This document shows positions 56,284 to 64,000 of a DNA stretch of 64,000 nt, in pieces. The DNA comes from Woeseia sp. Lineage in GTDB: Bacteria; Pseudomonadota; Gammaproteobacteria; Steroidobacterales; Woeseiaceae. The stretch lies in the NCBI GenBank assembly GCA_037968755.1, contig JBBKWB010000020.1:2228-66227 (forward strand), read 5' to 3'. The position numbers and the translations under genes are program-made. Below the pieces are notes generated by a model. The model had not been told where the DNA came from, did no database searches, and was given only the letters and a program-made list of their open reading frames with translations. Numbering within the stretch: position 1 is the first letter of the stretch; every line of letters starts with the position of its first letter.

Positions 56284-57087
56284 TTAGAGCTTGTGAAAAC
56301 TACCGGTGAGCCGACGCAGGATCGACAACGCCTGGCCGAGATACCCAGAGCCGAACAGGTTCAGGTGATTAAGAACGTGGTAGAGCTTGTACAGCTCGAG
56401 ACGCTCAGCATTTCCGGCTGCGAGCGGCCAGGCGCGTTCGTATTCACGGTAGAACGCGGCGCCGAAACCACCGAACAACTGCGTCATCGCGATGTCGGTC
56501 TCGCGATCGCCAAAGTAAACGGCCGGATCGAAGATTACCGGCACGCCCTCAGCCACTCCCCAGTTGCCGGCCCACAGGTCGCCGTGCAGCAATGACGGTG
56601 CCGGGTCATAGCCTTCGAAAAGATCGCCGAGCCGCTCCGCGAGCTGGTTGCCCCGGTCCTGTAATTCGCCCGCGTAACCGTTGCGGGCGGCCAGGTCGAG
56701 CTGAAACTGCAGGCGATGTGCGCGGAAGAACGCGACCCAGTCATCGGTCTGGGGGTTGAGCTGCGGCGTCGGCCCGATCGTGTTGTCGCGGTGCCAGCCG
56801 TGCAGGTCTGCTGTGTGCCGGTGCAGCGTCGCGAGCCCTGCACCGAGTGTGGCCGCATCGCGTTCCCCACCGCGCTCGAACTCGAAACGCTCTATCACGA
56901 TGTAGGCACCCTCCGCATCGGTGCCAACGTCGTAGACTTCGGGCACGCGAACGGCGCCGGCTTTCTTCAATTCCGCCATGCCTTCGGCTTCCGCCTCAAA
57001 CATCGTCAATGCGGACGGCGGACCCTGCTTTCTGAAGTTGGTCGATGACATGGGGATCAGTATTCCGGCGCGTTGCTTGCCGGGCAT
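56284..57087 (-). CDS. fructosamine/ketosamine kinase family protein (N-terminal 23 codons cut off by an in-frame TAA)
   Basis: LLHGDLWAGNWG and MFEAEAEGM motifs. The upstream in-frame piece MARIIVTKAIHDTLGLNR (57103-57156) is separated only by TAA at 57100-57102. Confidence 0.75.
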   Translation of the reverse strand: MPGKQRAGILIPMSSTNFRKQGPPSALTMFEAEAEGMAELKKAGAVRVPEVYDVGTDAEGAYIVIERFEFERGGERDAATLGAGLATLHRHTADLHGWHRDNTIGPTPQLNPQTDDWVAFFRAHRLQFQLDLAARNGYAGELQDRGNQLAERLGDLFEGYDPAPSLLHGDLWAGNWGVAEGVPVIFDPAVYFGDRETDIAMTQLFGGFGAAFYREYERAWPLAAGNAERLELYKLYHVLNHLNLFGSGYLGQALSILRRLTGSFHKL

Positions 57088-57256
57088 TCTACAGGCGCTT
57101 TAACGGTTCAGTCCCAGGGTGTCGTGGATTGCTTTTGTCACGATGATTCTGGCCATCGCCGTCGTTTTTGCGCTGCGACCTAAGGGTGCTAGCTGGCGGG
57201 ACCCGGATGTGCTGGAAAGGGTGATGGCCGAGTCGCGGCAATCCGGGGCGTTGCCT

Positions 57257-60200
57257 TTACAGGCTTCCCGTCACGTTAAGAAAAACACCCTGGTGATCGA
57301 AGCTGAGATCGGTCAGGTCATCGGAGAAGTCCGTAAAGTTGTAGCCCAGCCCAACTTTCAGATTGTCCCCGAAGTAGCGCGACACAGTGGTCAGGAATCC
57401 GCTGCGACTTTCACTCAGGTCCGGCATGTCGAGCAAGCGGACTTCGGTCATGAATTCCCAGTCGTCACCGAACTTGTAATCACCACGCAACACGTACAGA
57501 TGCGCGTTGTTTTCGAAGAAGGTCGGGTCGTTGCGATCCAGGCTCACCTGTCCAAGACGATAAGCGTACTTGCCACCGATGGAGAATCGCGGCGTCAAAT
57601 CGTAAATGACGTCGACTGCTGCGATGTGGCTCTTTTGGATAAACTCCGCAGCGATGTTTTGCAGCGTCACCTGGTCCGATGTCGGTACGTTGTAGAAATA
57701 AGTGTATTTGACCATCGCATTGAGACGATCATTGCTGACGGGGCGGTAGGCGTAACCTGCCACCGCCTCGGTAAACCCGCCGTCGTAGAACGTACCCAGT
57801 GAACTCTCGCTTTCCGAGTGATTAAGCTTGCCAACGATGCGTCCCGACGGTCCGACCTGGTACTTAAGACTGTTCCGGAACAACCAGGTCTGCCGCTCGT
57901 TGCGGCTTAGATCGGTTTGCTCTACATCGTCGTTTCGATACTCTATGCCGCTGGCAAGTTGCATATCGCCCGTCGCGAAACCAATCTGAATGCCACCGGC
58001 AACGCGATCGGTTTCAGCGCCTGTATACGTGTCTTGCAACGTACCGACATCGGTGTTCAGGCCGAAACTCCACTTCTCGCCCGGCGCGAAATTGATGCCA
58101 GTTGAATGGGTCAGTCCCAGCATCGTGCCTTTGCGCTGGTAGCGCTCTTCGAGGAAAACGCTGGTGCTGTCTGAAAATCGCGACTTCACACCGGCAACGA
58201 GATTGCCCTGGCTGCCACGAGCAGTATTCAGGCCGTTGTCGGCACGCTCGTTCTCCAGCGTGTAGTTGAGATACAGGCTCGTGTAATCCGAGTACTTGTA
58301 GTTCGAGCCGAGTCGCCCGCCGCCACCGAGATCGCCATCCGAGACCTCGGCGTCGATTTGCAGTTTCTCTGAAATCTGCACCGTGCCGCCCAAGCCAGCA
58401 CGTGCGTTCTCTTCCCGGCTACCGGTGACGGACATTGTGTCCTGCACAAATCCGTACACATTCCAGTCCGATCGCGAGTCGAAGCCGACCTGCAGGACCG
58501 CGTCTGCTCGTTCGCCTTCGTCCTGGGTCAGGGGCACGATAATGGATCGATCAGTACGCTCATCCTCGCGGTAACCAAGGCTTATGTCCCAATGGTCGCC
58601 GACTCGATAACCGATGTTGTATTCCTGTGCGCGCGTTTCGATGCGTTGCAACTGATCTCGATTGTCGATCTTGGCGCCGAGCCTGAATCGATCGCCCACC
58701 GGCAGACTGAATGTGCCGCCATAGTTTTTCGAGTCCGTGAGAGCCGTCAGCCCCGGGGCCGAATAGCCCGCATCGACTTCCTGCACGTACATCGTCATGC
58801 GCGCGTTGATGCCGAAGTCTATGATGTCGTCGACTTTCAAGCTGAGGTCAGCACGACTGGCATCGGCCTTGGCGTTCACGAACTGAGTTGCGTCGTAGCT
58901 ATTGAATTCGTAGCCGCCGTCTGTGGAAAACAACGGCATCGACAACAAGCCTTCGCTCGTCGCTTGCTGAACTTTCAACCACGACTCCGGCGCGAGCCTC
59001 AATGTCAGGTCAGCGCCCTGTAGAGAGCTGTCTTCGCCGTCTTGCTCATTGGCGTTAGAGGTCACCCCGAGCTTCACGTGATCACCGATCCAGTAATGCG
59101 CCTGGCCGCCGACGGACAACGCATCAATTGAATCAAACCCCGGGCTGTATTCGTACCGCACGACGAGGTACGCGTCGTCGCCCGAAACGGCACCACTGCG
59201 AATCAGCAGATTATCGTCCGCCGTCGATGCCAGCGGCTCGCTCAGCACGACGCGGCCCTGCAGATAGTCGATGTCGTAATCGATCATCGGTGTCAGGTTG
59301 ACCACGCCGGTCACGATGCCTGACGCTTTGTCGCGCAGCTCGATACGAACGCGCTCCGATCCCTGCAACAGGTCCTGACGTTTCAGGAAGTACAAGGAAC
59401 CACCCGTACCCCGGAATTCTTCGCGGCTGCCAATCGTGCCCGGCTCGGCCGCGTAAACATCTGCACTGTAGCGTTGCTCGCCGAAATCCGTCGTCGCGTC
59501 GGACTGGTGGTGCAGATTCGCGCCATACAGACCGCGGTCGACGTGTGCCAGCTCGTTGTTAACGTAGCCAACCTTGAAGTTGCCCCATTGGCCGTAGTTG
59601 TCGTCCTGGCTGACGCGCACGAAAAATTTGCCCATCGTCGGAGCCAACTCTGCAACGGTGCTATCGTCGCCGAACGTCGGGTAGTAATACTTTTCGTCAA
59701 TGCGGCGGAAAAATGCGTCAGGCGACTTATCCATGAAGCCGCTGAAGATATCTTCGATTGAGCCTTCGCGGGTGTCGGCGCTGGCCATGACGCGCCAGTG
59801 ATCGCCGAATTTTCCGTTCACGAAAAAAGCCAGTCGACCGTCGACGCTGGAATCCGGGTCGACTCCGGAGTTCGCGCCTTGCAGCAGATCCATCGGACCA
59901 CTGGATTTGCTGCTCGATACGGTCAGGTCCGCCATGCCGACGTAAAACCAGTCCTTCTCATCAAACTCCAGGTCACGCAAAAAGAGCTCGCCGCGGCCTT
60001 CCTTGTCCAGCACGGCAACCTCGACCGTGTGCAGGCCCTGCGGCAGAATTTCCTCGGCAACGAACTCACCGTTTTCATTCACGGGAATCGGCCGCCCGGC
60101 GACCCATACTTCCTTGTCTGCGGAAATACCGCTGCCGCGTACGCTGACCGTTCCGCTGCTGAGCCCGACGTTCTGCAGTCCCAGCGTATTTTCACCGTAT

Positions 60201-62350
60201 GCCGCGAACAGCACGCCATCCGGGTTGGGCTTCTTGATGCCGTCCTGAGTTTCGGTCCCATTGATCTCAACGTCGGCGTCGTAATCGATTGACAATGCTT
60301 TGGGCTGAGTTTCATCAAAATTACCATCCGCGCCGTAGGCTCTTACCACGTAGGCCAGCTTCCCGACCGGCGCCCGGAAGTCCTCGGATGTCGGCCGCCA
60401 TCTCGATGTGCCGCCGACCTCTAACTCGACAACATCCAGCGGTTCACTCTCCAGCGATTGCCCGGTTTCAAAAATTCGTACTTCGGCGCGATCGAGAAAG
60501 TGTGAGTAGTTGGTGTACATCCGGAACTGCACATCCGTAGCAATCGTTTCGCCGTCATCCAGTTCCACGACAGCAATACGTTCCGGCTCCGCCGAAACGC
60601 TGAGTCGCGGAGCTGACCGCATGTTGTCGAAGCCAAATTTAATATCGGCCCCTGCCAAGGCGACATCCGTACAACGCTGGATATCCGCCGAACTACGTTT
60701 CGGATCGTCGATGGGTTCGCCGTCCACGGTAATCCGCATCAGGTTCAGCCCAAGCGGGTTCTCCGGGTTGACCTCGCGCGTCATGCGAGTGATATCGACA
60801 CCTTCGTAGTCATCCAGCAATGCGAGTTCGTCGTAGACGACCTGCACCGAGACATGCGATGTCTCGCCTTGAATGAATCCGGCATTGACGACGTCATCCG
60901 AGTGCACAAAACCACGGCCTTCGAACTCTGCCTGTTCCGGACCAAGCTGCATATCGGCCGCGATTTGTTCCATTGCCCGACGCGCACGTGATGCGGACAA
61001 GCCGACGTCATCTTCGTAAACACTCGCAGTACGACGGGCCAGGCGCTCGTTCCGCGTGTAGCCAACGAAGCGCAGCCGCGGATTGGTCTTGTCCGCTACA
61101 TCCTGGAGGCCGCGATTCAAGATCGCTGAATAGCCATCCGGGACGACGGGGTGGCCGTCGGCAAATGTAATATCGGCAATGGTGCCCCACGGCGGATCGT
61201 AGATTCTCGTTACCATTTCCGCGCCGGCGTCACCCGGACACAATTGTGGCTCGTCCGGCAGATCCTGCAAGGAGTCGTCATACCAGAATTCAACTTCTAC
61301 GCGACGATTGAGCGCTCGTCCTTGTGCCGTTGCGTTGTTACTCAGCGGCTTCTCGGAACCCTGGCCATCGCTTTCGACAGCGCTGGTCGGCAGTGCCAGT
61401 TTATCCTGCACGGCCAACGCAACACGACGCGCATGCGCTTTGGACAGACCCGTGTGGTCACCGTAAATTCGTGCCGTGCGACCACTCAGTGGCATGCCAT
61501 CGGTGAAGCCAACGAACTTCACGACGACGTTTTCTTTGTCGTCGAGGTTGCTGAATCCCTGTTGGACCTGCTCGAGGAATGCATCGTTTATCTCGACGGC
61601 TTCTGCGTCGTAGTGCAGCGGTGCAATCAGATTCTGCACCCGGGCGCGCCGCGCGTGGCCATCGACGTATTTTAGCTTACACACTGTTTCGAGACGACAG
61701 ACCTTAACCGTTGTGACCTCGTGTTTGACGAGGTACTCCTCGAGCGTAACCTGGTCACGCACTTCGTCGTACCACACTTCGATTTCGACGCGGCGATTCT
61801 GTGCGCGTCCGGCCGCAGAGCTATTGGATGCGACCGGGCTCAGGTCACCCTGCCACGAATACGCAACTGCTTCGGCTGGCAACGCGAGTGCCGTTTGCAT
61901 GTACTCCGCTACTTCGCCTGCTCGTTCCTCCGACAGGCCCATGTTGTCCCCGTAAACGGCAACGAGACGCGGCGAAAGCGGTTGGTTGTCTGCGTGACCC
62001 ACCAGGTGCAGGCGAACATTCAGCCGGTCTTTCATGCCATCGAGAATCTTGCTCAATTCCCCGACCGTATCTTCAGGAATCTGTGCAACACCGGTTTCGA
62101 AGAGTATTGGCGCGACGACGTTACCCAGCTTGATTGTTTCGAGGCCGTCTTCGAGCGTTTCGCGAATCTCTATCTCATCACTTGCTTCTGTCTTGAGGCG
62201 CGCCGGGTCCTGCACCCACTGTGTGAACTCCAGGTCATTCGTCAAATGACGTTCGACGGCCTCGCCCATTGACATCTCATCGACATCCTGTGCCATCGCC
62301 GCCAGCGGCAGCCACAACAGCAGTGCGATCGTGCGGGCCAGTGCTTTCAT
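57257..62350 (-). CDS. giant outer-membrane protein: three N-terminal OmpA_C-like modules plus a very large C-terminal beta-rich region
   Basis: Signal peptide ending AAMAQD. The modules read LVGHADNQPLS...NRRVEIEVWY, VGFTDGMPLS...NRRVEVEFWY and VGYTRNERLA... The C-terminal ~900 aa has an alternating beta-strand pattern. Confidence 0.7.
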   Translation of the reverse strand: MKALARTIALLLWLPLAAMAQDVDEMSMGEAVERHLTNDLEFTQWVQDPARLKTEASDEIEIRETLEDGLETIKLGNVVAPILFETGVAQIPEDTVGELSKILDGMKDRLNVRLHLVGHADNQPLSPRLVAVYGDNMGLSEERAGEVAEYMQTALALPAEAVAYSWQGDLSPVASNSSAAGRAQNRRVEIEVWYDEVRDQVTLEEYLVKHEVTTVKVCRLETVCKLKYVDGHARRARVQNLIAPLHYDAEAVEINDAFLEQVQQGFSNLDDKENVVVKFVGFTDGMPLSGRTARIYGDHTGLSKAHARRVALAVQDKLALPTSAVESDGQGSEKPLSNNATAQGRALNRRVEVEFWYDDSLQDLPDEPQLCPGDAGAEMVTRIYDPPWGTIADITFADGHPVVPDGYSAILNRGLQDVADKTNPRLRFVGYTRNERLARRTASVYEDDVGLSASRARRAMEQIAADMQLGPEQAEFEGRGFVHSDDVVNAGFIQGETSHVSVQVVYDELALLDDYEGVDITRMTREVNPENPLGLNLMRITVDGEPIDDPKRSSADIQRCTDVALAGADIKFGFDNMRSAPRLSVSAEPERIAVVELDDGETIATDVQFRMYTNYSHFLDRAEVRIFETGQSLESEPLDVVELEVGGTSRWRPTSEDFRAPVGKLAYVVRAYGADGNFDETQPKALSIDYDADVEINGTETQDGIKKPNPDGVLFAAYGENTLGLQNVGLSSGTVSVRGSGISADKEVWVAGRPIPVNENGEFVAEEILPQGLHTVEVAVLDKEGRGELFLRDLEFDEKDWFYVGMADLTVSSSKSSGPMDLLQGANSGVDPDSSVDGRLAFFVNGKFGDHWRVMASADTREGSIEDIFSGFMDKSPDAFFRRIDEKYYYPTFGDDSTVAELAPTMGKFFVRVSQDDNYGQWGNFKVGYVNNELAHVDRGLYGANLHHQSDATTDFGEQRYSADVYAAEPGTIGSREEFRGTGGSLYFLKRQDLLQGSERVRIELRDKASGIVTGVVNLTPMIDYDIDYLQGRVVLSEPLASTADDNLLIRSGAVSGDDAYLVVRYEYSPGFDSIDALSVGGQAHYWIGDHVKLGVTSNANEQDGEDSSLQGADLTLRLAPESWLKVQQATSEGLLSMPLFSTDGGYEFNSYDATQFVNAKADASRADLSLKVDDIIDFGINARMTMYVQEVDAGYSAPGLTALTDSKNYGGTFSLPVGDRFRLGAKIDNRDQLQRIETRAQEYNIGYRVGDHWDISLGYREDERTDRSIIVPLTQDEGERADAVLQVGFDSRSDWNVYGFVQDTMSVTGSREENARAGLGGTVQISEKLQIDAEVSDGDLGGGGRLGSNYKYSDYTSLYLNYTLENERADNGLNTARGSQGNLVAGVKSRFSDSTSVFLEERYQRKGTMLGLTHSTGINFAPGEKWSFGLNTDVGTLQDTYTGAETDRVAGGIQIGFATGDMQLASGIEYRNDDVEQTDLSRNERQTWLFRNSLKYQVGPSGRIVGKLNHSESESSLGTFYDGGFTEAVAGYAYRPVSNDRLNAMVKYTYFYNVPTSDQVTLQNIAAEFIQKSHIAAVDVIYDLTPRFSIGGKYAYRLGQVSLDRNDPTFFENNAHLYVLRGDYKFGDDWEFMTEVRLLDMPDLSESRSGFLTTVSRYFGDNLKVGLGYNFTDFSDDLTDLSFDHQGVFLNVTGSL

Positions 62351-64000
62351 TGCTCAACCCTCCGCGGCTGTTTGGCCGGCTTGCCGAGGCGCCAATGAAC
62401 TTCGGGTTCGATAACGAGCTCGTAGCAACAATTCAGCTCTTCCCAAGCGGTTCGAATCTGAGATTTCATGCTTTGCAGTCTGTGCTCAACCAGTGCCTCG
62501 GATTCGATATCTGCGACGTAAGAAAGACGCAGTGTCGCCGGCGCCCTCTGCAACTCTTCGATCAGCATGTCGATGCGCGGAATCCACTGCTGACGCATGG
62601 CCACTTCACCGGGTTCGAATACCGCGTCGGCGATGTCGAGACCGACAACCCGGTGAATCGACGCGCCGAAGTTCAGTCGCAGCGCCTTACCACGCGTCGC
62701 TCTCTGCACCTGAACGGGTCGCGTTGATGGTCGGAAGCCACTCGGCAATGTCCGGTTATCAAGCTTCAGCACGAAATTACTGCCGCGATTTGCATTCGGC
62801 ACGATCGCGCAAGTGATGTGATAGCGGCCGTGCGCATCGGTGTTTGCGACCAATCCGGTCGGCGTCACCAGGCGCACGCCAGACAGGCCTTCTTCTCCGC
62901 TGTCCTGAATACCGTCGCGATTGGCGTCATTGAAGACTTTGCCGGTCACATCGGTACAGTCGAAGGTCGGGTCCGGAATAATGCGTACGGTCGCCGAGGC
63001 TTCTTCGGAAATGGCACTGCCCAGAATTGAGTTCAACGCCTGGGCGCGATTTACGAATTCGCCTTCCGTGAGCCCGCCACCCGCCGCGAGTAAGAGTTTG
63101 ATCGTATGGCGACCATCGACAGCCAGCGTAAAGTCTGACCAGGTCAGCTCACGTCCGGCGATGGTGGGTTCCAGTGGCTGGTCGTCGAATCTCGCCGACC
63201 CTTCGATGTAGCGGAATCCAGGCGGGAAGCGATCGACGACGTCAACGTCCTGCAGCGCGACACCAAAGGTATTGCTTACCGTAATGATGTAGGGAATCAG
63301 TTGTCCGCGAGTCACGTTCAGCATCGGTGTCGTCTTGGTGACTGCAACTGCACCACCGAGGCGCGGATCCAGCGGCACGTGGTTGTTGAACAGCTGGCTC
63401 GAGCCGGGTGACTGGCTGGCATCCAGTCTCACGAAAAGATGGTAATCGGTTGCCGCACTGCGCGCGGCGACAGACGTCGGGGGCGGGAATTCTGACAGTT
63501 GCGCTTCGCAAGTCTGCGGCGTTCCGGGAACTGCATCCGCCGCCGAACCCGGGCACAGCGGAACATCGAATGGCAATGTAGTGACATCCGATGCTGGCGG
63601 AATCAGCTCGGATACACCCGGCACGAACGTCGTGTCCGGTGCTACAACCTGCAGCAGATAGTTCAAGCCGCTCGGGCAGCTCGGGTCCGAGAAATTGATG
63701 TCGAATTTGTAGTAGCCATTCGGAACAGTGACCTGGCCCTGGTGATTCGGATCATCGAAACAGGCGGACGGCAGCGCCACTCCATTGCGTGGATCCACCA
63801 TTGTCACGACCGCGCCGCCGACCGGAGTTCTTCCAACAGAATCGTAGATGACGCCGTTGGGATCGACCGGCATATTCAGGGCAAGTAGATTGCTACCTTC
63901 CTGTACATCAATCTCGTCGATGCGTTGTTGGCCATCGGTAAAGTCCGAGTCTGTTTGGCCGAGCAGCGCCGTTGTGGATAGGGCCCCGGGTGCACTGAAG
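62347..64000 (-). CDS. large surface protein with SdrD B-like (Cna-B type) repeat, 5' end outside the window
   Basis: The frame stays open from 63873 to the window edge with no in-frame stop. Motif GKVFNDANRDGIQDSGEEGLSGVRLV. 4-nt overlap with the downstream giant OmpA gene. Confidence 0.6.
   Translation of the reverse strand, partial: FSAPGALSTTALLGQTDSDFTDGQQRIDEIDVQEGSNLLALNMPVDPNGVIYDSVGRTPVGGAVVTMVDPRNGVALPSACFDDPNHQGQVTVPNGYYKFDINFSDPSCPSGLNYLLQVVAPDTTFVPGVSELIPPASDVTTLPFDVPLCPGSAADAVPGTPQTCEAQLSEFPPPTSVAARSAATDYHLFVRLDASQSPGSSQLFNNHVPLDPRLGGAVAVTKTTPMLNVTRGQLIPYIITVSNTFGVALQDVDVVDRFPPGFRYIEGSARFDDQPLEPTIAGRELTWSDFTLAVDGRHTIKLLLAAGGGLTEGEFVNRAQALNSILGSAISEEASATVRIIPDPTFDCTDVTGKVFNDANRDGIQDSGEEGLSGVRLVTPTGLVANTDAHGRYHITCAIVPNANRGSNFVLKLDNRTLPSGFRPSTRPVQVQRATRGKALRLNFGASIHRVVGLDIADAVFEPGEVAMRQQWIPRIDMLIEELQRAPATLRLSYVADIESEALVEHRLQSMKSQIRTAWEELNCCYELVIEPEVHWRLGKPAKQPRRVEQ

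Noticed and set aside
1-64000. Search by eye for integrase, transposase, recombinase, phage structural genes or toxin-antitoxin pairs that could explain the tRNA-fragment repeats and MITE-like elements
   Set aside because: No ORF in the supplied track shows tyrosine or serine recombinase, DDE or Y1 transposase motifs that I could recognise. The repeats therefore look like non-autonomous or relic elements.

Overview
GC-rich bacterial chromosomal segment. Gene content (exosortase, outer-membrane barrels, lipoboxes) points to a Gram-negative proteobacterium, probably a gammaproteobacterium, but that is inference only. I read about 48 protein-coding genes. I found no rRNA, no intact tRNA, no CRISPR array and no recognisable integrase or transposase.

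Layout:
- 0.2-11 kb: housekeeping and envelope genes (Gnd-like dehydrogenase, RND exporter, CSD-DUF1294, Bax-like glucosaminidase, polysaccharide deacetylase, aminotransferase, HExxH peptidase plus ATP-grasp pair), interspersed with small GGGGTC-type inverted-repeat elements.
- 11.3-31.9 kb: the standout region. A tight five-gene minus-strand operon runs Sel1-caspase, outer-membrane barrel, S8 subtilase with a C-terminal sorting tail, mini-exosortase, subtilase-propeptide-like lipoprotein. It continues into an island of exported caspase-like (C14) and TPR-CHAT proteases, including a caspase-NlpC/P60 fusion lipoprotein.
- 32-40 kb: a tight seven-gene minus-strand operon of lipid or small-molecule enzymes (alpha/beta hydrolase, ADC-like, DUF1772-like, small membrane protein, patatin, membrane metallophosphoesterase, GMC oxidoreductase).
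- 40-45 kb: metallophosphoesterase lipoprotein, small acidic TM protein and a third TPR-CHAT protein.
- 47.3-49.7 kb: an AT-richer decayed islet bounded by 34-nt direct repeats derived from the 3' half of a tRNA-Phe. A third degenerate copy lies at 52.8 kb.
- 49.7-64 kb: desaturase, AraC regulator, NDH-2, a fructosamine-kinase gene with an in-frame stop, and a 1697-aa multi-OmpA-domain outer-membrane protein. The gene upstream of it runs off the window.

All functional calls come from motif reading by eye. No database search was run.
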